Below, piece after piece: positions 26,755 through 39,638 of a stretch of 64,000 bases of DNA. The notes beneath the pieces were generated by a model that worked only from the letters and a program-made list of their open reading frames with translations, did not search any database and was not told where the DNA came from. Made by a program: the position numbers and the translations under genes. The DNA comes from Octopus sinensis (taxonomy: Eukaryota): assembly GCF_006345805.1 (NCBI RefSeq), contig NC_042998.1:22506001-22570000 (forward strand), given 5' to 3'. Numbering within the stretch: position 1 is the stretch's first letter; the number at the start of each line of letters is the position of its first letter.

Positions 26755-27255
26755 AACTAAAATATATAGAGTTGGTGTGTCTTGTCTTTTGAATGAACAC
26801 TTCCTGAAGTTTGATAAGAAAGCTGTACCTTGACCTCGTCTTATTTTTTTTCTCTCAACTATTCCAAAACATCGGTTTTTGGGAAACGTAGATAAAGTCA
26901 GTACAATGTTAAACTCCTAGAGGAATTGTGAATTATTCATATTCCATTAACAGGACTCTGCTGAGAGTTTCATCGTTGCAGAAAAATTCTGGAGGTAATA
27001 AACGCAATATAAGTAAATCTACCGGAATAGAAATTAAAATTTTGAAATAGTTCGCCAGCTAACTGGTGCAGCCTGTTCGGGACCGCTGTGTTATATGAAG
27101 GCCATCTCGTAAATCGTTCGAATAATTACACCGTGTAATGTCAATATATCGTTGATCTATGTGCTACAGAGTGAATGTTTGTGCACTTGGTGGTTTATTG
27201 CAAGACGAACAACGAGGGATTTTGAAGAGCAAAATATTTGCGTGAAATTCTGTTA

Positions 27256-27556
27256 TCTTTATATATAAAAGTGAAGTCGTGTGAGTGTCTGTCTCCTACG
27301 ATTTAGATTCCTAACTACTCCCACATTTTGCGGTGCAGTTTAACCAAAACCGGGTATCTTATAGTCGTGATTCATATCGAGCCCTTCTGGGTATTAGCGC
27401 GCGTCTACGATGAGTCTACGATTTAAAAAGAAATTTACCATCATTTTTTCCATATTTAATGCATTTTTTTGCTATTATATAAGGGAAGTAACTTTCTAAA
27501 ATGCTTGTATAGTTATTGCCCTTACAAACCCGAGCAACGCCGGGCGATTCTGCTAG
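27256..27556 (+). mobile_element. Non-autonomous Helitron
   Basis: 5' TC, 3' hairpin CCCGAGCAACGCCGGG + CTAG, inserted at A|T without TSD; homologous to 37425-37724. Confidence 0.9.
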
Positions 27557-28026
27557 TAAGTTATGAAATTGTTCGAAAGTTTACCATACATTGCAGCAGG
27601 CTTATATGAAGGATTGTTTGGGCGGTACACAATGTCATGGATAGCACCAGCGTTCCAAATGGAGCAAAATATCTCCTGGAAACTTTTCCAAATCTGGACG
27701 ATCTTCTACGATGACAGATGACGGCCTGTCATCAAATGTGTACAGTAATCCGTAAAACATTGCTACCTGACGACCAAAATCAAACGTTTGTAAAAGTTTG
27801 TGTCATATGAGTTTAAGAATGAAAATGAAAATGCATCGTCTCGCTGAAAAATTTGTGAATAAAATGCGGATCGCGTCAGTCAAAAGCCTTTAAATTGTTC
27901 AAATGCTGATGAAAATTTTCTGGAAAGTGTGAAAGCAGTCGATGTTTGACGGTAATTTTTATTAGAAAAATATTATTCGCCACGAGTTAGTTCCACAGGG
28001 TAAGACGTCTCAACAAAACGTTTCTA

Positions 28027-28473
28027 ATTTCTTTACTACCCATAAGGGGCTACACACAGAGGGGACAAGCAAGGACAGACAGACGGATTAAGTCGATTAC
28101 ATCAACCCAGTGCGTAACTGGTACTTATTTAATCGACCCCGAAATGATGAAAGGCAAAGTCAACCTCGGCGGAATTTGAACGCAGAACGTAGCAGCAGAC
28201 GAAATACCGCTAAACATTTCGCCCGGCGTGCTAACGTTTCTCATTTCATTATTCCCCACAAGGGGCTAAACATAGAGGGGACAAACAAGGACAGACAAAG
28301 GGATTAAGTCGATTTCATCGACCCCAGTGCATAATTGGTACTTAATTTATCGATCCCAAAATGATGAAAGGCAAAATTGACCTCGGCGGAATTTGAACTC
28401 AACGTTAAGTCAGACGAAATACATCTGAGCATTTCGCCCGGCGTGCTAACGTTTCTACCAGCTCACCGCCTAT
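28027..28473 (-). mobile_element. SINE A head-to-tail dimer
   Basis: One complete head; junction GAAATG-AGAAACGTTAGC; flanking 10-bp repeat AACGTTTCTA at 28017-28026 and 28474-28483. Confidence 0.85.
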
Positions 28474-28924
28474 AACGTTTCTACGCAGTTTTATTGAGTC
28501 ATCTGAGAGAGGCTTGAAATATGATCAAACAAAATCAGGATGCCACGATCTCTCAACTGTTCCGGCAACACTCCTTGTTTATGACTCTTTTAGCTGTGTA
28601 CGAAATAACAGTCATCTGCCGCTGCCTTGCATTCTAGATTTGGTCTCAACGGACATTACAATTTTTCTGTTGCCAAAGCTGAAATCTGCTCTCAAATATA
28701 ACCGATTTCAGACGACAGAAAAGATTAAAGAAAATTTGTTATGAAAAGTGCACACTACTCCTTGGAAATGTGTTCTGGGATGCGACCCAGAATCAGAAAA
28801 AGAAAAAAAAAACGTCAGTAGTCATGCATCAGTAGTGAAGGGGTCTAATTCATCACTATGAGCAAAAGCAACAGTGTGGTGTTGAAAAGTAGTTTACTGG
28901 AATTCAGTGCCGGATTCAAATGTT

Positions 28925-29160
28925 TCTTATTTCTTTAATGTCCACAAGGGGCTAAACACAGAGGGGACAAACAAGGACAGACAAAGGGATTAAGTCGATT
29001 ACATCGACTCCAGTGCGTAACTGGTACTTATTTAATCGACCCCGAAAGGATGAAAGGCAAAGTCGACCTCGGCGGAATTTGAACTCAGAACGTAACGGCA
29101 GACGAAATACTGATAAGCATTTCGCCCGGCGTCCTGACGTTTCTGCCAGCTCGCCGCCTT
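28925..29160 (-). mobile_element. SINE family A, full length
   Basis: 15-bp TSD CCGGATTCAAATGTT at 28910-28924 and 29161-29175. Confidence 0.92.
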
Positions 29161-29272
29161 CCGGATTCAAATGTTGCTGTTTATGATAACTTGTAATAGA
29201 GCAGCGATTGCAGTGGTCCTTAATTTAACTCAAGATAAACCAAAGCATGTTGAATTAAGCTTATGGAAAAAA

Positions 29273-29415
29273 AAGTGTGGTAAGTAGCTTGCTTACGAAC
29301 CATATAGTTCCGCAAGTGTCTTCTACTATAGCCTCGGGCCGACGACCAATGCCTTGCGAGTGGATTTGGTAGACGGAAACTGAAAAGAAGCCCGTCGTAA
29401 TATATATATAATATG

Positions 29416-29477
<62 letters not shown>

Positions 29478-29690
29478 GTTGTGCGTCTGTGTTTGTCCCC
29501 CAACATCACTTGACAACCGATGCTGGTATGTTTACGTCCTCGTAACTTAGCGGTCCGGCAAAAGAGACTGATAGAATAAGCACTAGGCTTCCAAAGAATA
29601 AGTCCTGGAGTCGATTTGCTCGACTAAAGGCGGTGCTCCAGCATGACCACAAGTAAAACAAGTGAAACAAGTAAAAGAGTAAAAAGCGTA
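29273..29690 (+). mobile_element. SINE family C
   Basis: Head partly deleted; internal (TA)n about 90 bp. Confidence 0.85.
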
Positions 29691-30627
29691 AAATGGAATA
29701 TGCGCATAGGATTTGAACTTAAGACCAAGCAATATTAGCTGGTAGCCCAGTACCATTGTAGCAAGACGCAAAACTGAATCGACGAATTGCCATGTGATCG
29801 GCCGAGTTATGGGCCAATCAGCTGCCAGACATCCTGCTGGACCGATCAGCATCCAGGCATCATGAACCAATCAGCAGCCAGACGTCACGTAATGCATCTT
29901 TCTTGAAGCCTCCACAATATTCAATATAACAAGCACCAAATTTCTGTTTGTGGCCGCCCGCTGCTTAGCTAACCACAAACTCATTTTGCTACTTTTAACA
30001 GTCGTTATTGCTGCCCAATAGGTTCAAGATCACTGGATGAACTGAACTGTATTTGATCAATATAAAAACAGCGGCCATTTAACATACAGGCTGTCACAAA
30101 GTTTGGTGTTTCTGAAATCTAATCGTTCTTGGTTGACGAACAGTATTAAATGAACTGTCCACAATTTCTACGTTTAATCATTTATCAATCACCCTATATA
30201 CAAAATGAATTTCCTAATGGGCAAACTTGTTAATATGTCGAAGGAATATCACAGAAGATTTTGCTGGGGCCAGCTAGCTTAGCAGAGTCCAATTCTTTCT
30301 AAGCTATTCCAGTATGAAGAGTTGAGGTAAAATTAAAAAGCAAAAATACTCGTGAAATTTATATTACTGATATCTGATATCTTACTGCATGACACATTGT
30401 TTTTACCGTATATATTCACAGCAATGTAGACTGGATTATTTGAGAGTTAAGCGTCCTAATCTGGGATATAATACATCGCTGGTGACTGGTCATCAACTTT
30501 GAGGTCCTTGGTAAGACAGAATCCAAGACCATATCAGCAGTGCTAAGTGAGTGTTGCCTACAATGGCCTGTTTATGTGTACCGTATGGACGTACATCACA
30601 ATTCCAAGGCTAACTCAAATTTAGTTA

Positions 30628-30654
<27 letters not shown>

Positions 30655-30660
<6 letters not shown>

Positions 30661-30887
30661 AACGTAAATGTAATATGTGACAATTATTCGGTAGCCATGA
30701 TAAAACTCCGAGTTTCAGATGCCGAGGTGGAAATCCACGCCGCCATCTCTTCAGTTATCCGGCCATCGGAAACTCGGAGTTTTATCATGGCTACCGAATA
30801 ATTGTCACACATTACATGTACAGATAAATTCCTTTGTTTACATAATATCGAGATCTCTTTCATTCTTTTGTTGTCTTACCATCTTTG

Positions 30888-30895
<8 letters not shown>
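30655..30895. mobile_element. PLE-like inverted terminal-repeat module embedded in (TA)n
   Basis: 54-bp inverted repeat (30668-30721 / 30764-30817, about 3 differences) with (TA)n on both sides. Confidence 0.7.
30699..30759 (-). ncRNA. Type-I hammerhead ribozyme-like motif with canonical CUGANGA core
   Basis: Minus strand GATAA-CTGAAGA-(long helix II GATG...GTGGA/TCCAC...CATC)-T-GAAAC-TCGGA-GTT-TTATC; helix I GATAA/TTATC; near-palindromic AAACTCGGAGTTT helix III. Confidence 0.72.
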
Positions 30896-30932
<37 letters not shown>

Positions 30933-31156
30933 ATTAAACCTCGCCAAGTTAAATATTTCAATCACCTGAAGAATGACTATAGCTCGAATTGGACAGCCAT
31001 GAAACGATCGTAGTGTTATACTAATTATCTTTTTTTAATAATTTTGATATATATTTAAAATAATATAAATTAATAATCTTATGTATTGGCTTAAGTTTTT
31101 CATTGTATGATTTGCCTTATAGTGGTTTTATCTCTAATTTAATATAATATATATAT

Positions 31157-31194
<38 letters not shown>

Positions 31195-32798
31195 ACTGAA
31201 ACAGTGATATAACTAGTGTGCGTAACGCTCGAGGCAGCTCTTGAATTTTCCGACCCCACTCCCCGATCGTAAAAGGTAATATAACCCAAAGTTCCTCTTC
31301 GCAGCAACGCCACCAACGATAGAATCATCCACTCTCTTCTTCTCTTTCGGCCACGCAACTAGGTTGAGATCCGAGGAAGATTGAGCTACTATTCCAATCA
31401 TGTCTTGGTAAAATGTAGCCGTTTCCTCACAGCTCCTTAGATATTGTATGTAGACACATAAGATTTGTGTGTGTATATATATGTTACACACACACGCGCG
31501 CAGACACTAACATACACACAAATACGCACACACACACACACACTCTCTCTCCCTTACACCCATTCTTACATAAGCACAAATATAAAGAAACAATGTGTGC
31601 CTGGGATGTGAGTGATAGAGACAAAATAAGAAATACAAAGTGAGAGAGGATGAGAGAGAGAGAGAACGTGTGAAGGAGACCGAGAAATACTCACCATACA
31701 CACACACACACACACACACGTTTAAATGCATACGCATATTCGTAACCAGTTGAATGTGGTCATATGTTTTCGACAGTTAGTAAAATATGTGCGATATATC
31801 GAGAATCTAACGAAAAACCTATTTTGCTTCATTATAAGAAACATCAGGAAAAGATGCTTAAAAGTTTTAATAGCAACAAAATTTTATAAAACTATTCATG
31901 TTTGTAGCGATAGTCCATTGAAATACGCAAGACTATATGTTGCGTAATCATATTTTTGTGTCATTTTTATTGCCTTATAAATACAATAAATTTTTCTGTG
32001 CGAATGTATCGTTGCAGCCACAGTGAAGAGTATGTTTCGGATTGGAACCCACAAGTTTCTTGTCTTGAAATTGCTTGGTTAAAAGTTCATACGGTTAGAG
32101 TAACACTACCGTGCACTTTATAACAAAACTTTTATTAGAAACACAATATAAACAGAATCAGAATCACTAAATAGTAAAAGAAATTAGTTTGATGAAAAGC
32201 CCTGCCTAAATCAGGAAATCTTTCTTCCTCCTCCGAGCAAAGAAATATCTAAAAGGCTTGTCAGTCCGCCTCATGGTTCTAGCGGACAAAATAGTACAAC
32301 CTTTTATGACCATGGTGGAGTCCGTAGGCAGCCGATCGCATACTTCATTTCATGTGGACGCCAGCGGAAAATCTCGCTCTTGCAGTTTAAATAGGTGTCC
32401 GGAGTGTGTGTCTGTGTGTGTGTGGGGGGTTAATATGAGTACATATTTTCTCGGATAGGCATAGCTTGCACATTTTGCTACTATCTAAGTAAGGCTTCCG
32501 TTTCTTTAGTACTTTCCATTTGATGTTCTGCTCGATAGCGCCTTTTCTTCAAAAGCATACATGCCTAGCCAGGGTTGCAACGCTACGTCTCTCGTGGATA
32601 TTAAAGGAGCACAGTTGGTTGGTTGTTAAATATGGATCTGAAAGGGCCTTCTGACATGCCCACGTGCTTCTGAAAACTTGTCTGCACGCTGAGGTACTCT
32701 GACATCCCTCTACCACGTATACGACGGAAATATCAAAGAAAATACTTTTACCATACCTAGCAGGTAACAGAGTAATATGCACCTCTTTGGCTCATATA

Positions 32799-32844
<46 letters not shown>

Positions 32845-33260
32845 CGTGCGTGTGTATGTGTTGTGTATATACGTATATATCCATATATGTATATATATAT
32901 ATATGTATGTATGTATGACTGTAAGTGTATTATATATATGTATATATAATTTGATGTATATATTTGAATGTCTGTATGTGTGTTTGTATGTATGTGAACA
33001 TACCTGCATACAAGGATGATGTACGCTGAGAGAGATTTGGTTGCTAATTCTAACATGGTTATCTACCATCCTGTAAATGTCCAAGGAAGATCACTTATTG
33101 ATTTGAAGATAAGGGATTAAGGTTTTATTTGAGGCTATATGGCGACGCTATTTGTTCATGTCGTTAAAAGAGAAGGTTGAGTTTTGAGGGCAACTCAGCT
33201 ACTATTTCTTTCTTGAATTGATAAGATCTAGATGTACCTTTGTAGAGGCTTAGGCATTCT

Positions 33261-33572
33261 GGCACTCCGTCGGTTACGACGACGAGGGTTCTAGTTGATC
33301 CGATCAACGGAACAGTCAATTAACGTGCATGTGGCTGAGCACTCCACAGACACACATTTACCCTTAATGAAGTTCTTAGGGAGATTCAGTGTGATGCAGG
33401 ATGTGACAAAGCTGGCTCTTTGAATGACAGGCATTGCTCGTTTCTGCCAACTGATTGGGATGAAACAATGTGAAATAAAGTGTCTTGTTTAAGGACACAA
33501 CGCACCACCGGTTTTCGAACTCATAACCTTATGATCGCGAGCAGAATACCCTAACCACTAAGCCATGCGCCT
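33261..33572 (-). mobile_element. SINE G (F head + CORE-like + tail B)
   Basis: Head GGCGCATGGCTTAGTGGTTAGGG; AACAAGACACTTTATTTCAC; tail B ending CGTAACCGACGGAGTGCC. Confidence 0.8.
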
Positions 33573-33727
33573 TTGTTAAGCATATTATGTGCTTACATAA
33601 AACGTGTGTGAGTGTATGTGTGACACACATTCGGACACAGACACAGACACCTACATGCTTACACATTGACACGCACGCAGAAAAACATCCATACATACCT
33701 ACGTACGTAAACGCAGAGACACGCACG

Positions 33728-33763
<36 letters not shown>

Positions 33764-34310
33764 AATGAAAAAAAAGAAAGAGGAGACGAGAAAAAGAATG
33801 TATGAAGAGAACGAAAAGTGCTCATTCTATATACAAGCACGCACACATATACACGGAGCCTCAGACACACATGCACACACACACCACACACACACTTGTA
33901 ACTAAAGCTGGATGGGATCATACTTTTACAAGAATTGTGATATTTGCAGTATATCGAACATCTAATGAATTTATTTTATTTCATTATAGAGATATCGTGA
34001 AAAGATACTGAAATGGGGCGTGGCTATAGCGTGTGCTGCCCGGGAAAGCTCTTAAGTTTGGTGACCCACACCAAAGAGACTTTGTTCGGAATTCTAGTGA
34101 TTTGATCATCTACATCAGTGGTCCATATGGCCTCTGAGGGCCACACACAAAATAATAAATCAGACTTTTGCTTGGGGTGTTCTTGCTTTTATAACTATCC
34201 AGAAGGATAGACATATCATTGAGAACAATAGATTTAGTTGGTGGTCTCCATAGAGACTTATTCAGCAGACTTAAATGCGCTGTCTGCATAAAAAGGTTAG
34301 GCGGAGTGGA

Positions 34311-34414
34311 CCGCATCCTGGCACCGCATCCTGGCACCGCCCCCTAGCACCGTCCCCTGATACCGCTCCCTGGCATCGTCTCTTGGCACTGTCCTCTGGA
34401 ACCACCCCTTGGCC
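34311..34414 (+). repeat. 13-bp minisatellite CCGCATCCTGGCA x8 with progressive divergence
   Basis: Direct reading. Confidence 0.88.
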
Positions 34415-34680
34415 AGTACCACCGCTAGTTACGCTACTGACCTGAGATGCAGAGATGCATGCAAAAAGGATTCCGTTAAGCTCATATTGAAATACAGTCA
34501 GAGGAAGACAGCACTAAACCGTTTATTTTGGAGACGTTTTGTGAAGACAAGAATAAAACGAAAAGCTGAAAGCCATTGCAGTCAGCTTAGGGCGCTAAAA
34601 TCTCAAAGGCAGATGGCATCATCTCTACTCGACGACTCGGTCTTTACCTGTGGTAATTGCAATAAGTATTAGAACTCTGA
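34400..34680 (+). pseudogene. RTE-like LINE ORF2 C-terminal remnant
   Basis: LRCRDACKKD...TALNRLFWRRFV...FTCGNCNK resembles the RTE C-terminus (RYKD..K.D; A.DR..WR..V; C2H2-like finger). Confidence 0.55.
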
Positions 34681-34885
34681 ATGAAACCAACACAGTAATC
34701 TGAAGTGGGGAAGAAAGGAAGTGGAATGAGGGGAGAACTAGAAGAGTAGGAGTAAAAAAAAAAGAGACATTTCTTTTGTCTCTTTAGACAGACGGAAGCC
34801 GAGGACGATGGTGACATGATGCGAACCATCACCAATTGATCGATCGGTCGGTTGTTCGGAATTCTAGTGATTTGATCATCTACAT

Positions 34886-35446
34886 CAGTGGTCCCTATGG
34901 CCTCTGAGGGCCACACACAAAATAATAAATTGGACTTTTGCTTGGGGTGTTCTTGCTTTTATAACTATCCAGAAGGATACACATATCATTGAGAACAATA
35001 GATTTAGTTGGTGGTCTTGTTATCTCTATTCTAGCTTTTGGTGAAGTAAAAGAGGTTAGAAAGAGTCAAGTGGTGAAGACATTATTTCGGCCTAGCTAAA
35101 GGCATCTGGAAAATATAAAACTGCTGTCAGAGAAAAACCATTGTTCCATCGGGGGAAAAGTTCTGTTGCAGTGTTAATTTAAATTTGGATATGGTGGATC
35201 GAATCCACTTCATGCATGCAAGATCCACGACATATGCATTGGTGTGTATTGCAAGAAATAGCTCGTTTTTTTTTCTGTAACATTTTACACAGTTCAATTT
35301 ATACCAGTGAATGCGTAAGGAAAAAAAAGAATTCTGAAAGAAAGGTCTATAAAACTAGTTTTTAGACATCAAATGGTTATGGGGGTCCACCAGAATAAAA
35401 TAATAATTAAAGGGGTCCATAGATAATAAGTGGTTTAGAGCCCCTG
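34886..35446. mobile_element. Putative hAT-type MITE
   Basis: CAGTGGT...CCCCTG termini; flanks ATCTACAT/ATCCACAC (6/8); TIR match is weak. Confidence 0.45.
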
Positions 35447-36121
35447 ATCCACACGCTTAGACAGCTCTATAAACTTGAAATCTTATCTCAATGCTCAGTA
35501 ATTGAAGCTAAGTCGGATTGTTTTAGTATTCATGACTGAGTTGGTGGGTTGGTGAGATACTAAATCGATTTAACAACTTTGACTTTACAAATCAAATTTT
35601 GATCGTTATATCACTATGATTCTCCCATTAATTTTTATTTGCTCTCATTAAATATCTTGCTATTATCAACATTTGAGTTTAACTCTTGAAAGCTATCAAA
35701 TGAGGTTAGATTTATGATGTTAGAGTAAATTTTATGTTAAAAAAAGAAAACGTAGTTATTCTGTCATTAAAAAATTCTAATCATATTACTAATATATTTA
35801 GTTTATCCAAAAATAACTCTAATGGACAGGATAAAAATTAAAACAAACTTTATACTCACAGTTGAAGAGATTTTTCTTGCTTTCTATAAGTGAGTTTGTT
35901 TGGAGGATGATTCACTTACATCTCATAACGCAAATTCTTTCCCGACTTCTCATTATATAATGACGTGTTCTCAGAATTTCCTTAGGTCTTACAACAAATT
36001 TCTAGCAGTGTATCTTCTATAGCTGAGTAGGAAAAATAATTGATGAGTGACAAATCCAATCAGCATGCAGGTCTTCATATTGTTTACGTATATCCGAAAG
36101 CCAAATGACTAATTAGTTACC

Positions 36122-36726
36122 TATTTCTTTACTCCCCACAAGGGCCTGAACATAGAGGGGACAAACAAGGACAGACAAACGGATTAAGTCGATTACATCG
36201 ACCCCAGTGCGTCACTGGTACTTAATTTATCGACTCCGAAAGGATGAAAGGCAAAGTCGACCTCGGCGGAATTTGAACTCAGAACGTAACGGCAGACGAA
36301 ATACCTATTTTGTTTTACTACCCACAAGGGGCTAAACATAGAGGGAACAAACAAGGACAGACAAAGGGATTAAGTCGATTACATCGACCCCAGTGTGTCA
36401 CTGGTACTTAATTTATCGACTCCGAAAGGATGAAAGGCAAAGTCGACCTCGGCGGAATTTGAACTCAGAACGTAACGGCAGACGAAATACCTATTTTCTT
36501 TTACTACCTACAAGGGGCTAAACACAGAGAGGACAAACAAGGACAGACAAACGGATTAAGTCGATTACATCGACCCCAGTGCGTCACTGGTACTTAATTT
36601 ATCGACTCCGAAAGGATGAAAGGCAAAGTCGACCTCGGAGGAATTTGAACTCAGAACGTAACGGCAGACGAAATACGGCTATGCTTTTCGCCCGGCGTGC
36701 TAACGATTCTGCCAGCTCGCGGCCTT
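36122..36726 (-). mobile_element. SINE A head-to-tail trimer (about 185-bp units, single head)
   Basis: 20-bp TSD CAAATGACT(A/T)ATTAGTTACC at 36102-36121 and 36727-36746; all units share the TCACTGG and CGACTCCGA variants. Confidence 0.92.
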
Positions 36727-37424
36727 CAAATGACTTATTAGTTACCGTTGACTAACAGTGTCGGATAGATTTTTTTTTTTTTTTTGGCGGGGTGGGGACT
36801 TAGGTTGCTGATCAGACAAAGCATTTGATGTGTATTTCTAGTCTTCATTGTGGACATTTCACTCCATAGAACATATGTTACTTATTCTAGTAAAGAGTTT
36901 TTTTGGGGGGGAAGTGTGATTTGATTGGTTCGTTCAGCGAGTTATCAAACATTGTGGAAGTTATCAACTGATCTACAACAAGATTCTCAGTTATTTTCTG
37001 TGTACTTAAGAGAAACAGTAGGATATTTTCACATCATCTGTTATTTCCCAGGTATAAATCAAGATAACGAATGTTATTTACGTATTTCTAAATACGCGGA
37101 CAACATAATTGATGAGCTGTGAGAAAATAATAATTGTGGCTTTCAGTCCTACTAAAGCTGATTTTATGTTGCAGCACTATGATGTCACTCACTGTAAAGT
37201 AGAGGTTAGTCTCCTGGTGAGTCGAACAAACATTGCAGTTTTGATTTCTGGTTGTTGCTGATTCACTTATTTCCAAGGCTGATAGCTGAATAGGCAAGAA
37301 TATCAAACCTCTTGTTTGTTTGTTTGTTTGTTTGGGGTTTTTTTTCGGAGTAAATGATGCTAATAGTCAATGAATATTTATCATCTTTGCGTAAAATAAA
37401 ACATTGGTTTCTTTTATATAGGAA

Positions 37425-37724
37425 CTAGCAGTATCGCCCGGCGTTGCTCGGGTTTGTAAGGGAAATAACTATATAAGCATTTTTAGAGAGTTATAGCCAA
37501 AAAATAGCAAAAAACTGCATTAAAAATGGAAAAAAAATGATGGTAAATTTTTTTTTAAATCGTAGACTCATCGTAGACGCGCGCTAATACCCAGAAGGGC
37601 TCGATATGAATCACGACTATAAGATACCCGAATTTGGTTAAACTGCACCGCAAAATGTGGGAGTAGTTAGGAATCTAAATCGTAGGAGACAGACAGCACA
37701 CAACCTCACTTTTATATATAAAGA
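37425..37724 (-). mobile_element. Non-autonomous Helitron
   Basis: TC...hairpin-CTAG on the minus strand, A|T site; homologous to 27256-27556. Confidence 0.9.
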
Positions 37725-38822
37725 TAAAGGTCCTTTGCTTTGGTTTTTAGAAAGAATGGCAAGCTATGCCATACTAGCAATTTCTGGCTGTAAAATCTAC
37801 TGAACATAACTCGAAGTTTATGCTTATTGTCAAGTACTAAACTAGTATACTAATGATTTGTATTTACAATGTAAAGTTATTTGTTATGCTTGTGAATCAC
37901 GAACTGAAACGGAGCTGAAAGGTGGTAAGAAACAAGAAAATTGCTGTAAACAAAGTGTTTTATTTAATATCTTTCCACACACAAAATACGAAAACAGTCG
38001 GTTAACCTTTGAATGTATCAGTCGGTTTTAATGAAAGCTTTCTGGGAAAATTAAAACACCGTTTGATATTGGGAGAAAGCGATATATTTTCGACCTTTTA
38101 ACTTAATGTTCAAATGAATTCAACCGTAATTGATGTCTATTTGGTAGGAAAGTCTGATTGAACGAAGTGCGAAAGAAAGATATGTTTCACTAACCGTATC
38201 TCGTTAGCGCAGATTGTAAAAACAGATGAAACACAATCTCGAGTCATCTTAGCTAACGTAGCTGTATGCTAATTGCTTGCGGTTTGTTTGATTTTGATGT
38301 AACTTATTGCACATTCACCTAATTCCAAGTTAGGAAGCGAACGACCAGCTTGATTGAGTTCTTCAGTTTAGTTTCCAGAAGATTGCGCACAATAATTTTC
38401 TATCAACAATATTTTGAAACCAGAAAAGAAGTAATTTATTTGATTTGGTGGAATAACATACGATTGTTAAGTTTGAATTAAGGAACGTGCAAACAAATGG
38501 ATTATCTTGTTATACGTTTTTTCTTTGTAGATAATGTATCGTAATCTTTGCTCGGAAGTAATTGCTTTTCGTGTTATTTCGACATCGTAAGTACTCTACT
38601 AAATTTATGAGATAGATTTGTTTAATCTCGTATTTATATATTAAAGTATGAATAACCCAAGACAAAGTCAATTTATATTTACTAACATTTCTATTGACAC
38701 TTCCTACTGGCAGATTGCAGAGATTGTAGTTCGCAAACGTTTTTTTTTTTTTTGCAATAGCAGTAAGTAGTAACTGCAGTCTCCCGTGGAGATTCAACAC
38801 ACTTTCAATATTATAAGACAGC

Positions 38823-39638
38823 AAGGCGGCGAGCTGGCAGAAATGTTAGCACGCCGGGCGAAATGCTTAGCAGTATTTCGTCTGTCTTTACGTTCTGAGT
38901 TCAAATTCCGCAGAGGTCGACTTTGCCTTTCATCCTTTCGGGGTCGATAAATTAAGTACCAGTAAACACTGGGTCGATCTAATCGACTGGCCTCCTCCCC
39001 CAAAATTTCGGGCATTGTGCCTACAGTAGAAATGAGGGCGGCGAGCTAGCAGAATCGTTAGCACGCCGGGCGAAATGGTTAGCGGTATTTCGTCTGCGTT
39101 ACGTTGTGAGTTCAAATTCCGCCGAGGTCGACTTTGCCTTTCATCCTTTCGGGGTCGATAAATTAAGTACCAGTTACACACTGGGGTCGATGTAATCGAC
39201 TTAATACCTATGTCTGTCCTTGTTTGTCCCCTCTGTGTTTAGCCCCTTGTGGGTAGTAAAGAAATAGGTATTTCGTCTGCCGTTACGTTCTGAGTTCAAA
39301 TTCCGCCGAGGTCGACTTTGCCTTTCATCCTTTCGTGGTGGATTAAATAAGTACTGGTTATGCATTGAGGTCGATGTAACCGACTTGATGCCTGATGAGC
39401 TAAAGTGGTTGTGGATGAGAATATCAGTTTTAGAATATTGGCACAAGGCCAGCAATTTCGGAGGAAGGGATAAGTCGATTACATAGGTCTCAGTACACAA
39501 CTGGTACTTATTTTATCGACCCTGAAAGGATGAAAGGCAATGTTGACCTCAGCAGAATTTGAACTCAGACCGTAAAGACGGACGAAATAGCGCAAACCAT
39601 CTTGTCCGGTGTGATAACGATTCTGCTAGCTTACCTCC
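38823..39638. mobile_element. SINE cluster: A'(+), A(+) with tandem partial unit, A'(-)
   Basis: Heads at 38823 and 39035; junction GAAATAGGTATTTCGTCTG at 39261-39279; inverted A' at 39420-39638. Confidence 0.85.

Larger units (their letters stand above)
27095..28850 (+). pseudogene. Mariner transposase relic interrupted by a Helitron and a SINE A dimer
   Basis: EEQNICVKFCY|K...TLQQAYMKDCLGGTQC reads across the Helitron site; C-terminal LPKLKSALKYNRFQTTEKIKEN. Confidence 0.78.
34082..35017 (+). repeat. 166-bp direct duplication (34082-34247 and 34852-35017)
   Basis: About 4 mismatches; offset 770 bp. Confidence 0.92.

Noticed and set aside
30422-30510. Candidate + strand exon (CACAG...GTAAGA)
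   Set aside because: Stops occur in all three frames and no partner exon was found.
36122-36726. CRISPR-like regular repeats (also the 35-bp cassette at 25526/25727)
   Set aside because: The units are whole SINE bodies without unique spacers, the cassette has only two copies separated by microsatellite, and the context is eukaryotic with no cas genes.
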